Origin: Bdellovibrionales bacterium RIFOXYD1_FULL_55_31
Lineage (GTDB): Bacteria; Bdellovibrionota; UBA1018
NCBI GenBank assembly: GCA_001770175.1
Contig: MEQK01000164.1
Location: 1-57,713, forward strand
Direction: 5' to 3'
Length of the DNA: 57,713 nt
Below, in pieces: positions 40,201 through 48,863 of the stretch. Position numbers and translations under genes: made by a program. Each line of letters opens with the position of its first letter. The first letter of the stretch is position 1. Under the pieces are notes generated by a model, which saw only the letters and a list, made by a program, of their open reading frames with translations, did not search any database and had not been told where the DNA came from.

Positions 40201-40794
40201 CAATTCTTCCGGGCTTCGAACAGTTCAAACCAGCTTCGGTTATATTCCGACGATCGGCTCCGAGCCGCCTTCGACTTCCCTCGTCAGGCGATGCCGGACG
40301 GCCTTTGCCTGGCCGATTACGTCGCCCCGGAACCAGCGCCACACGGCGAAAGGGATTCCGTCGCGCTCTTCATTGTCAGCGTCGGGAAAGGGATACGCCA
40401 GGTTTCCGAATCACTCAAAATGCGGGGGGATTATCTGAAGTCGCACATCATCCAAGCGCTGGCCCTTGAGTCGGCCGAAGCTTACGCCGAGTTGCTTCAC
40501 AGTCAAATTCGCAAGATGTGGGGATTCCCTGACCCGCCGGAACTCACGATGCTCGAACGCTTTCAGGCGCGCTATCGCGGAAAACGCTACTCGTTCGGAT
40601 ACCCCGCCTGTCCCCGCCTGGACGACCAGAAGATCCTGTTCGAGGTTCTTAACCCCTCCGAAATCGGGATCGAACTCACCGAAACCATGATGATGGACCC
40701 GGAGGCAAGCGTCTCCGCGATTGCCTTTCATCATCCCGCCGCGACGTATTTTTCCGTAGGTCATAAGGGAGGCGTTGACGATGATAACCGTTAA
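37267..40794 (+). CDS. metH: Cobalamin-dependent methionine synthase
   Basis: LDGAMGT, ETNTF, NCATG, GGCCGT, GERTN, DVHDIGKN (B12 His), RYSFGYPACP. Confidence 0.96.
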   Translation: MSPVTTSRSELLRRHLSQRILVLDGAMGTAIQKFNLTAEDFGGSDHEGCNENLVLTRPEVIRRIHESYLEAGCDIIETNTFGATPLVLDDYNLGSRSHEINVTAAKLARDAAEKYSTSAHPRFVAGSIGPTTKAISVTGGISFDELQENFHQQARALVDGGVDYLLLETCQDTRNVKAALLAIDRLFSEMGREIPIAVSGTIEASGTMLAGQSIEAFLASLSHLELLYIGINCATGPELMADHIRPLARLSRLPVACVPNAGLPDEHGDYLETPEMVSNVLKRFLTNRWINVLGGCCGTQPSHIEALTRLARDHAPRTEFATPRSFLSGVDYLEVTDEVRPVIVGERTNVIGSRKFKNLICEEKFDEASEIARVQVKNGAQVIDVCLANPDRDELKDMRTFMEHASKKVRVPFMIDTTSPEVLAAALTYCQGKTIINSVNLEDGEARFRKIVPLARRFGAALVVGTIDDHPAQGMGISRERKLAIAERSYELLTGTYGMPPEDLYFDPLVFPCATGDSQYVGSAIETIEGVRLIKSRFPRSKTILGISNVSFGLPAAGREILNSVFLYHAVRAGLDLAIVNSEKLERYAMIPERDRELAEDLLYNRGTDPVSAFATHFRDRKPAERTEKQKLPLLERLARSIIEGSKEGLEADIKEAVQQLRPLEIINGPLMKGMDEVGRLFKANQLIVAEVLQSAEAMKTAVSHLEPYMQKSETSSRGKVLLATVKGDVHDIGKNLVEIILANNGFEVVNLGIKVPTEDLIQAAREHQPDIIGLSGLLVKSAQQMVATAEDFSRAGVTTPVLVGGAALSSSFVDKHIAKAYGQGTVAYASDAMAGLELAKRIVNPQHFEKLKTELASRREHSTSIPSQDRPDSAKASPEVRSAKIELLRELPSPPDFRRHVLRNTPLEQIWRFVNPLMLYGRHLGIKGSTVRLLEAAHLPEVASSDPKALSIWNTVEEVKAEYSEGSGEIFQPSAIFQFFRASNSSNQLRLYSDDRLRAAFDFPRQAMPDGLCLADYVAPEPAPHGERDSVALFIVSVGKGIRQVSESLKMRGDYLKSHIIQALALESAEAYAELLHSQIRKMWGFPDPPELTMLERFQARYRGKRYSFGYPACPRLDDQKILFEVLNPSEIGIELTETMMMDPEASVSAIAFHHPAATYFSVGHKGGVDDDNR

Positions 40795-41851
40795 TCCCGT
40801 GCATGCGACAACCGGTATCGGGAGTCTTCCGCACCACAATATTGATTCAGCCCTCGATTTTTCGTTCAGGGCGGGGATTCCATTTCTTCCTCAGATTCCG
40901 ATCCGCAACCCATGGGAGTTCATGATCGCACAAGCGCTCGAGGGACTGCCGGGGTTGGAGGTCGAGAAAGACGGCGCCGTGTTTCTGAAGCTGGACGTAT
41001 GGAAGAGCCGCTCACAGGAACTCGATCGCAAACTCAATGAGGCTTTCTCGCGCAGCACACAGGAAAAGGAAGCCTTCATCGGTTTCGAACCGTCGCCCGC
41101 CATTTCGAGCAGCTGGCAACCCTTCCTGTGGGAACTCGAGGAACGCGGCACCTCGCTCGCCAAGATCCAGATTGCGGGACCGATGACCGCGCAATGGGCG
41201 CTGAGGGCAAAAGGTGGAGCCTCCCTCGACCAGTACCCCGAAGTCACGTCTCAGATCTTTCGGGTCATCATGGCCCGAGCCGTGGCGATGACCCGCCGTT
41301 TGAAGACGGCCGGAATTCAGCCCCTCATTTTTTTGGACGAACCGGGGCTCTACGGCTTGTCGCTCACGAATACCCGCCACCTGATGGGACTTCAGGAATT
41401 GAAGCTTTTGGTGCAAACCCTTTCGAAAGAGGGCGCTACCATCGGCCTGCATTGCTGCAGTAATACAATCTGGAGCAAGATTCTCGAACTCGGCCTGGAT
41501 TATCTCTCGATTGACGCTGATCTCTCGCTTACCGGTCTGATCGGTGATGAGCGCGGCGCGCGAGTCGCGGAATTCGTGAAGCACGGGGGGCGCCTTTCAC
41601 TGGGGATCATAAGAACGGGCTCGGCCGACCGTTCAGTCATGCTGCGAACGCTTCGTCCCGCGGTGCTTTTCGGAAATCTCATGGAGACCCTCGGCCGGGT
41701 TTGGAAAGAAGAAGCCGAACTCGTGAAAAAAGTTTTGAGCGAAGCGCTCTACACTCCCGCCTGCGGTTTGGCGCTCCACTCGACCGAAGAGGCGGAATGG
41801 ATTCTCGAAACCTTGAACGCCTTCCACAAGGATTGTATTTCGAAACTATGA
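40781..41851 (+). CDS. Single-barrel MetE-like protein (MesB/core-MetE type, URO-D/CIMS fold)
   Basis: TGIGSLPH, PFLPQIP, KIQIAGP, FLDEP, LHCC, LSID, TPACGL; no N-terminal folate-binding barrel. Confidence 0.75.
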   Translation: MITVNPVHATTGIGSLPHHNIDSALDFSFRAGIPFLPQIPIRNPWEFMIAQALEGLPGLEVEKDGAVFLKLDVWKSRSQELDRKLNEAFSRSTQEKEAFIGFEPSPAISSSWQPFLWELEERGTSLAKIQIAGPMTAQWALRAKGGASLDQYPEVTSQIFRVIMARAVAMTRRLKTAGIQPLIFLDEPGLYGLSLTNTRHLMGLQELKLLVQTLSKEGATIGLHCCSNTIWSKILELGLDYLSIDADLSLTGLIGDERGARVAEFVKHGGRLSLGIIRTGSADRSVMLRTLRPAVLFGNLMETLGRVWKEEAELVKKVLSEALYTPACGLALHSTEEAEWILETLNAFHKDCISKL

Positions 41852-43356
41852 CCTTCGCCCTCTTTCGCGAAATGCATTCGTTGACGCCACTCTCCGATTC
41901 GGTTCCCCTCGCGTCACTTGACGTTTCGCTTCTCATTCCTGCCCGTAATTCGGGTCATGCTCTCGAGAAAACCGTTCAAGAGGCCCATCGTTTTCTCAGC
42001 GTGCGTTATCCCGGCGCATTCGAGATCATTCTGATTCCGAATCCGGCGCTGAACCCGCCGCCGGGCGCGCCCAAGGATGAATCCACCGAGATTTCCGAAT
42101 CACTTTCGGCGCGCTTCGCGCACGTCAAGACGGTTCGACATTACTCGCCGAGCGGAAAGGGCGCGGCATTACGCACCGGCTTTCTCGCATCTCGCGGCCA
42201 GTGGATCCTATTCACCGATGCGGATCTCCCCTATGACCTGGAGTTTTTCGACAGGGCCATGGAAAAATTGCGGAACGGCTATCATTTCGTAACGGGCAAC
42301 CGGAGATTGGGTTCCAGTCATTTTAATGTGCCCGTCGATCTCCTTCGCCTCGCCTACGGACGGCATCGCTTGGGGCTTGCTTTCAATCAAGTCGTGCGCT
42401 GGCTTTTTCCGATCAAGGCGATCGACACTCAGGCGGGCATCAAGGCGATGTCGCGGGATCTCGCTGCAAAGGTATTTTCGTTGCAGCGTTGCCCGGGTTT
42501 CTTTTTCGATCTCGAGTTTTTCCTGACGGCGCGATGTCAGGGATTCAGGCACGTCGACCTTCCCGTCACACTTTATCTGAACAGCGAGAAGAGTACGGTT
42601 CGGGTCTTTCGCGAATCGATCCTCGCCGGCTTTTGGCTCGCAAGGATCTGGTGGCTGCATCGGCTTGGCTCCTACGGCCGGGCGCCGCGCAGACGCGGAG
42701 TGCTGGCCCGGTACCGCAATGCATCCTTCTCCACTCGCCTCTTCCTGAAAGCTCGTTGGCACCTCACGCCCTATCTCGATATGGCCGAGCATTTGCCTGT
42801 GTCAGGACCGGTGCTCGACCTGGGCTGCGGGCATGGTCTTCTTGCCATCGCAATCGCGCTCGATGCGCCTGACCGTGCCGTTTACGGGATCGACCATGAT
42901 GTCGCCCGCGTGGAACTCGCCAAGAACGCCGCCTCCGATTTGCCTAATATCCGCTTCAACGTCGGGACGATGGACCAGATCCCGGCGGCTGGCCCTTATT
43001 CGGGCATCGCGATGATCGATGTTTATCACTACTTCAAGCCCGAGACTCAGGAGGAACTTGCCCGGAGGGCATTCGCGCAACTCCAGCCCGGCGGGACGCT
43101 TCTGGTTCGGGAAGTCGAACCGCAAGGCGGGTTCGCCTCCTCCTGGAACCAGTGGTACGAAAAGCTCGCGACCGCGAGCGGATTCACTCAGGCCGATAAA
43201 GCCCAACTTCATTTCCGCACGACTCGCGATTGGGAGGACCTTTTCAAAAAAGCCGGATTCACGGTGAAATCACGACGCTGTGGCAGTCGGCTATTTTCAG
43301 ATGTTCTCTTCATATGCGATCGTCCTCGAATCGAGGGCATCGAGGCGTCACCATGA
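41848..43356 (+). CDS. GT2 (polyprenol-phosphate glycosyltransferase-like) fused to class I SAM methyltransferase
   Basis: SLLIPARN, GKGAALRTG, FTDAD, DTQAGIK, FFFDLE; then VLDLGCGHG, GIDHD, LQPGGTL. Confidence 0.85.
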   Translation: MTFALFREMHSLTPLSDSVPLASLDVSLLIPARNSGHALEKTVQEAHRFLSVRYPGAFEIILIPNPALNPPPGAPKDESTEISESLSARFAHVKTVRHYSPSGKGAALRTGFLASRGQWILFTDADLPYDLEFFDRAMEKLRNGYHFVTGNRRLGSSHFNVPVDLLRLAYGRHRLGLAFNQVVRWLFPIKAIDTQAGIKAMSRDLAAKVFSLQRCPGFFFDLEFFLTARCQGFRHVDLPVTLYLNSEKSTVRVFRESILAGFWLARIWWLHRLGSYGRAPRRRGVLARYRNASFSTRLFLKARWHLTPYLDMAEHLPVSGPVLDLGCGHGLLAIAIALDAPDRAVYGIDHDVARVELAKNAASDLPNIRFNVGTMDQIPAAGPYSGIAMIDVYHYFKPETQEELARRAFAQLQPGGTLLVREVEPQGGFASSWNQWYEKLATASGFTQADKAQLHFRTTRDWEDLFKKAGFTVKSRRCGSRLFSDVLFICDRPRIEGIEASP

Positions 43357-46229
43357 GAAGAACGATTCTGATCATGACCGCCCTGCTCGTTTTTGCCGTT
43401 CTCCCGATCTACACGGTTAAAGTAATACAAAAAACAGATTACACCGACTTCTCCGTCTACTATCGGGCAGCCAAGCGAATGCAAGCCGGCAACTGGAATG
43501 AAATTTACAGCCTGTCTGACGGGGCCTCTCCCCTACGGTACGCCCCTATCACCTTGCCGCTCATGCGGCCCCTCGCGGAGGTTCCTGAAACCCCCGCCCG
43601 GGTCCTTTGGTTTTACCTGCAGTACTGCTTCTTCGGCCTGGGGTTTTTCTTCCTTTTTCGGGCGCTCAAATTGGTCCGCCCGAGACGCCGCGCCAGCCAA
43701 ATACCAGAACGCGCGTCCTCCGGGCTGGTCGCGACTTGCTTCGGCATCCTTTTCATTCTGAGATTCTGCCTCGATACGTTCACGATCGGCCAGGTTTCGA
43801 GCCTGATGTTCGTCGGCTTCACCCTGTCTCTCTACGCCTGGATGCGGGGAAAAGCGTCTCTCGCGGGAATAGGTGCTTTTATCCCGACCGTCTTCAAGGT
43901 CGGTCCTGGGGTTTTGTACGGCGTATTCGCCTCATCGCGACCGAAGGCTTTTCGTCGAGCCCTGTCCGGCAGTGCACTCCTGTTTCTCATCCTGAATGTC
44001 CTGACGCTCGCCTGGCTCGGTTCGGGCCCCCGGTTCAAAACACTCTGGAGCGACTGGGTGCGGATCGTCCTTGAAGACGGCAATTATTACGATGCCTCCC
44101 ATTATGGAAGCCAATCCGTCAAAAGCGCGCTCCTCAGACTCGCCCGCCAAGGTTGGTTCAGCTCACAGTCGGTAACGGAGTTTTGGCTCCTCGCCGCGGC
44201 CGTGGGCTGTGCCGCGGTTGCGGCGTTCTGGATTTTGAGACGTCCGAGGTCCATCCGATCCCGCGGCCTTTTCTTTTCTTTGGGCATTTTCCTTTACCTT
44301 TGGTTCATGCCCGAAACCTTCAAATACGCGCTGACAACGCTTGCGATTCCGGCGACTCTTGTTTTCCTGACCCTACTCGACGGATCACGGATCAAGAGCA
44401 GGCTGCTTCACTCCGTGGTGCTCGGCTTCGGATTTCTCACGCTGTCGATTCCAGGTAAGGATATCGTCGGCGATCGAATCTTTTTCGCTCTTCAGTACGC
44501 TTCCATTCCACTCATGGCGACGCTGCTGCTCGGCACGTCGTGTTTGCTCCTCGCCTGGCAGGATTCGGCCCCTTCACGAGCGGCGCGCTGGTTCAAAGCA
44601 CTTCTTTCGCCACGGGTTCTTGGGCCTTGGGGCGCGGATGGGGGCGGGTTTTCGGAACGGACAGAGAAATCGCCCTGTAAAGTATCTCTGCTGCTGCCGA
44701 TTCCGTTCGGGCCGTACGGTTCATGCGATCTCGATGTTCAACGGGTCGAACGCATTATTGCTGACGCCACGCACTTCCTGGCGGCGGAATGGCCCGCTCG
44801 CTTTGAAATCATCGTGATCCCGTTCGGTGATCGCGTCAGCGAGTTCCAACCCGTTATCGCGCACGTTCGAAGTCTCGCGAAAAATCAATTTCGAATCAGA
44901 ATGACCGATTCCTTCAGCGGTTACGGCCGTGCAGCCGCGCTTCGCGAAGGTTTTCTCGCGTCTCATGGAGAGATCATTCTGGTCAGCCATTTCGAACAAC
45001 CCTGTGAGCTCTCTTTTTTCAAAAGAGCTGTTGCGGCAATCGAAACCGGCGCGACTGATCTGGTTCGGGCGAATCGCCGTCATCCCGAAACCCGGTTTAA
45101 AGTCCCGGTCTCGGTTCTTTCACTCGTTTACCGGCGGCATCGGCTTGGCTTGCGGTTCAATCGCCTGATTCGCGCGATTCTCCCGGTCCAAACGACTGAC
45201 ACCCATTCCGGCACGTTCGCGATGACGCGGAAGATGGCGTTGGAAGCTTTTTCACTGCAAAGTTCCGCCGACTTTCTTTTCGACCTGGAAATCAGTCTTG
45301 TCGCGCGAACGCAGGGTTTCAGGGAAGCTGAATTCCCGGTGGTTCTCTATCTCGCGCAGGAAAAGACGTTCAAGAGGATGGTCCATGAGACGATGAGCAT
45401 CCTGATCGGTTTGCCCGTCCTCGCTTGGCGCTATCACCGCGGCTATTATCGGCATTTCTCCTGGAAACCGGGTACCCTCGAGATCACGGCCGACGACTGG
45501 GGACTGTCGCCCTCCGTCAACAGCGGAATCCTCGAACTCGCCCGAATGGGACTGATACGAAAAATTTCGCTGCTCGCGGACAGCCGGTTTTTAACGCATG
45601 GATTAAACGAACTGAAGGAATTACGGAACCGCGGGACAGTCCGACTCGGACTTCACTTCAATCTCACCTACGGGAAAAACGGTGCCCGTCCAGCTGGCGT
45701 TCTTCTCCGCTGGATTCTCCCATTCCAGAACCGCAGCGCGCTTCAAGACTCCGTCCGGCGGGAATTCGCGCTTCAACTTCGAAAACTCGAGACCGAAGGG
45801 GTCCGGCCCGTCTACCTCGATGGACATCACCACATTCACCTCACCCCGGGTATTCTCGAGTCTTTAACGGATCTGCTGGCCACGAGCGACATTCGCGAAA
45901 TCCGGCTGCCCTATGACCCGCGACTCTGGTTAACCGGCAAATGGCCACTCAACCTTCTCTCCTTGAGATTGAAAACGGTTCTTTCCAGAAAAGGCTTTTC
46001 ATCGCGTCCCTTCTACTATCCCTCAACGTCAGACTTCATGGACCAAGGATTCCTCCGAACGAAGCTCTCCAAAACCGTTGCCGGAACTGAAGTCATTATC
46101 CACCCGGCAAACTCCAATGACGCAAGTGTTTGGGAATTCCCCGATTCATACGTCGAGGGGCGCGTTACCGAGTATCGCGCCTTGAAAATGCTCCTCGCCT
46201 CTGGCCAAGAGCAAAGTCGCGGGATATAA
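43353..46229 (+). CDS. Triple fusion: GT87/DUF2029 GT-C, degenerate GT2, and YdjC/ChbG/HpnK deacetylase
   Basis: TDFSVYY, YAP, GQVS, FKVGP in a membrane domain. A GT2 copy with SHFEQ at the DxD site. ITADDWG, GLHFNLT, DGHHHIH, EVIIHP. Confidence 0.8.
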   Translation: MRRTILIMTALLVFAVLPIYTVKVIQKTDYTDFSVYYRAAKRMQAGNWNEIYSLSDGASPLRYAPITLPLMRPLAEVPETPARVLWFYLQYCFFGLGFFFLFRALKLVRPRRRASQIPERASSGLVATCFGILFILRFCLDTFTIGQVSSLMFVGFTLSLYAWMRGKASLAGIGAFIPTVFKVGPGVLYGVFASSRPKAFRRALSGSALLFLILNVLTLAWLGSGPRFKTLWSDWVRIVLEDGNYYDASHYGSQSVKSALLRLARQGWFSSQSVTEFWLLAAAVGCAAVAAFWILRRPRSIRSRGLFFSLGIFLYLWFMPETFKYALTTLAIPATLVFLTLLDGSRIKSRLLHSVVLGFGFLTLSIPGKDIVGDRIFFALQYASIPLMATLLLGTSCLLLAWQDSAPSRAARWFKALLSPRVLGPWGADGGGFSERTEKSPCKVSLLLPIPFGPYGSCDLDVQRVERIIADATHFLAAEWPARFEIIVIPFGDRVSEFQPVIAHVRSLAKNQFRIRMTDSFSGYGRAAALREGFLASHGEIILVSHFEQPCELSFFKRAVAAIETGATDLVRANRRHPETRFKVPVSVLSLVYRRHRLGLRFNRLIRAILPVQTTDTHSGTFAMTRKMALEAFSLQSSADFLFDLEISLVARTQGFREAEFPVVLYLAQEKTFKRMVHETMSILIGLPVLAWRYHRGYYRHFSWKPGTLEITADDWGLSPSVNSGILELARMGLIRKISLLADSRFLTHGLNELKELRNRGTVRLGLHFNLTYGKNGARPAGVLLRWILPFQNRSALQDSVRREFALQLRKLETEGVRPVYLDGHHHIHLTPGILESLTDLLATSDIREIRLPYDPRLWLTGKWPLNLLSLRLKTVLSRKGFSSRPFYYPSTSDFMDQGFLRTKLSKTVAGTEVIIHPANSNDASVWEFPDSYVEGRVTEYRALKMLLASGQEQSRGI

Positions 46230-46238
46230 CAAAAGTCA

Positions 46239-47561
46239 ATGAAGAGCTTATCGCGAAACTGGAAAATATTCCTGATCCTTGCGTTCGTCGCCGGCGCGAT
46301 TCTCCGCCTCATCTATGTCAACGACATGGAGTACAAAGAGGACGAGGAATTTAACTTTACCCAAACCCAGATCGTTCGTGGATTCACCGATTGGCCCTGG
46401 GTCGGCATGCCTTCTGGGGTTTATCTTCAAAACCCCGGAATGAGCATTTGGGTCTTCATCGCGCTTGCAAAAATATTCCGGGTGACGCAACCGACCGAAC
46501 TCGCCCACGCAGTCCAGCTCTTCAGTCTGCTCGGAATCGCGATGATCATCCCGTTCGTTCTTTGGTTCGTCAGGACCGAGGAGCGCGAACCCTGGCTTTG
46601 GGCGTTCGTTTTCTCGCTGGTGAACCCCTTTGCCATCCTGTACCAACGCAAACTTTGGCCGGAGCCGTTCCTCCCGTTTTTCACGATGTTGGTCCTCATG
46701 GGGTGGTGGCGACGCGATCGGAAACCGGGAGCCTTCGTGTGGGGATTCATCGGCGCATGGCTCGGGCAGATCCACATGAGCGGTTTTTTCTTCGCGGCGG
46801 GTCTGTTCCTTTGGACGCTGTTCTTTGACCGTTCGACCGGCCCCCCCGAGTCCAGCCGACGTCCGCGCTGGAAATTCTGGTTCATTGGCTCCTGTCTGGG
46901 CGCGCTTCCGCTCATTCCCTGGTTCCTTGAAGTCCTCGCGCACCCGCCGAGGGGCCACATGGTATCGGGCATCAGTGAAGCGCTTCAGCTCAAATACTGG
47001 GTCTTCTGGATTACTGACGCACTGGGGCTTCACTTGGGCAATCCTCTCGGTTTATTGCGCGGGCAATCGAACTTTGCGCAGATTTCAGATTTTATCCGCT
47101 ATCCCCTGATCAACGGCCAGGCAACTTATCTCGTCGGGCTTGCTCATATCGCGATCGTGATCGGCGCGCTCATCATCGTCTATCGCGCGGTTCGGGGAGT
47201 TCCCATAACGTTCGCCGCCGCGGGTTCAGTCAAAAGTCTCTTTATCGGGCAAGGCTCACCGACTGCTTTTGTGCAAAGCGCGGCTCTTTGGGGCACCGGG
47301 ATACTATTGACCATCACTGGCGTGGCGATCCGCCGATATTACATGATGGTCACTTTCCCGCTGGAATTCGTCTGGCTGGCGCGAATAACGCTCGGCCATG
47401 GCCAGGCATTTTCGCGTTTTCCGCGCGCGGTTCTTGGAATAATCTGGACAGCCCAACTCTTTATTTCGGCCAATTTCGTCGGGTACATCCACGTCAATGA
47501 AGGAGCTGTCCAAGGGGACTACGGTCCCGCTTACCATGTCATCATGAAGCAGCGAAAGTGA
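46239..47561 (+). CDS. GT-C fold membrane glycosyltransferase (ArnT/PMT-like)
   Basis: Polytopic; LRL..EYKEDE acidic loop after TM1, NPG, VNPFAILYQRKLW, QIHMSG. Confidence 0.7.
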   Translation: MKSLSRNWKIFLILAFVAGAILRLIYVNDMEYKEDEEFNFTQTQIVRGFTDWPWVGMPSGVYLQNPGMSIWVFIALAKIFRVTQPTELAHAVQLFSLLGIAMIIPFVLWFVRTEEREPWLWAFVFSLVNPFAILYQRKLWPEPFLPFFTMLVLMGWWRRDRKPGAFVWGFIGAWLGQIHMSGFFFAAGLFLWTLFFDRSTGPPESSRRPRWKFWFIGSCLGALPLIPWFLEVLAHPPRGHMVSGISEALQLKYWVFWITDALGLHLGNPLGLLRGQSNFAQISDFIRYPLINGQATYLVGLAHIAIVIGALIIVYRAVRGVPITFAAAGSVKSLFIGQGSPTAFVQSAALWGTGILLTITGVAIRRYYMMVTFPLEFVWLARITLGHGQAFSRFPRAVLGIIWTAQLFISANFVGYIHVNEGAVQGDYGPAYHVIMKQRK

Positions 47562-47567
47562 GACTCT

Positions 47568-48863
47568 ATGCAAAAGCGTCCTGATCCCGGTTTCTTCGCC
47601 GAACTCGAAGCACGCGAAATCGTCAAGCAGGTGACCGATCCTGAACTCGCCCACGCGCTCAAGAAAGAGCCGATGACCCTCTATATCGGATTCGACCCGA
47701 CGGCCGATAGTCTTCATGTCGGCGGATTGCTGCCGCTCGTGACACTCAGAAGATTTCAGCTTGCGGGGCACCGGCCCATTGCCGTGATCGGAGGCGCGAC
47801 GGGAATGATCGGAGACCCGAGCGGGAAAACCCAGGAACGCTCGTTGCTCGATGACGAAAAGATCGCCCACAATCTCAAAGGCATCACGAAGAATATCGCA
47901 AAAGTGCTTGATCTCAGCCCGGCCTCCGACGCCAAGGTTCTGAACAACGCGGATTGGACTAGATCAGTGTCCTATATCGAGTTCCTGCGGGACATCGGAA
48001 AGCATTTTACGGTCAACCACATGACCGCCAAGGAATCCGTTCGCGCTCGACTGGAAGACCGTGAGCACGGCATCTCGTACACGGAATTTTCGTACATGCT
48101 CCTTCAGGCTTACGACTTCCTGGTCCTCAAAGAGCGCGAGAACTGTCTGCTTCAGGTCGGGGGCTCAGATCAATGGGGGAACATCACCGCCGGCATCGAC
48201 CTGATCCGAAAGGTTCACGGCACGAACGCGGGCGTTTACGGCATGACTCACCCGCTCGTGATGAAAGCGGACGGAACCAAATTCGGCAAATCCGAGCAAG
48301 GCGCCATCTGGCTCGACCCGGACAGAACGTCACCTTACCAGTTCTACCAATATTTCATCCAGACCACGGACGCGGATGTCATCCGACTCCTGCGCTATTA
48401 TACGTTCCTCCCCTTGGAAGAAATCGCCGCACTCGAAAACTCGCTCAAAACCGAACCTGAGAAGCGAGCTTCCCAGCTCACCCTCGCGCGCGAACTGACA
48501 CGAATGGTTCACGGCGATTCGGAACTCTCCCAAGTTGAACGAACAAGCCATGCACTCTTCGGTTCGGCAATCAAGGAACTCGACGAACGGTCGCTCCTCG
48601 ACGTCATGAGCGGCGCTCCCACGACACAGAAGTCAAAAGACCTCCTATCGCAAGGTATCGCGCTCGTCGATCTTGTCTCCGAAACCGGCCTTTGTTCTTC
48701 GAAAGGCGCGGCCCGAAAGGACATCACGGCCGGCGGCATTTACGTCAATAACGATCGGGTGAATGACGCTTCTCATGTGCTGAAAACGGCCGATCTGATT
48801 TCCGGCGGCTACATCGTCCTTCGTAAAGGAAAACGCACGTACCATCTGGTCGCGTTCAGGTGA
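47568..48863 (+). CDS. tyrS: Tyrosine-tRNA ligase
   Basis: YIGFDPTADSLHVGG, GDPSGK, QAYDF, QVGGSDQWGN, KFGKS, C-terminal S4 domain. Confidence 0.97.
   Translation: MQKRPDPGFFAELEAREIVKQVTDPELAHALKKEPMTLYIGFDPTADSLHVGGLLPLVTLRRFQLAGHRPIAVIGGATGMIGDPSGKTQERSLLDDEKIAHNLKGITKNIAKVLDLSPASDAKVLNNADWTRSVSYIEFLRDIGKHFTVNHMTAKESVRARLEDREHGISYTEFSYMLLQAYDFLVLKERENCLLQVGGSDQWGNITAGIDLIRKVHGTNAGVYGMTHPLVMKADGTKFGKSEQGAIWLDPDRTSPYQFYQYFIQTTDADVIRLLRYYTFLPLEEIAALENSLKTEPEKRASQLTLARELTRMVHGDSELSQVERTSHALFGSAIKELDERSLLDVMSGAPTTQKSKDLLSQGIALVDLVSETGLCSSKGAARKDITAGGIYVNNDRVNDASHVLKTADLISGGYIVLRKGKRTYHLVAFR

Noticed and set aside
43353-46229. YdjC/HpnK domain plus MMPL as a hopanoid cluster
   Set aside because: No shc or hpnCDEGH in the window, and the MMPL gene is about 40 kb away.
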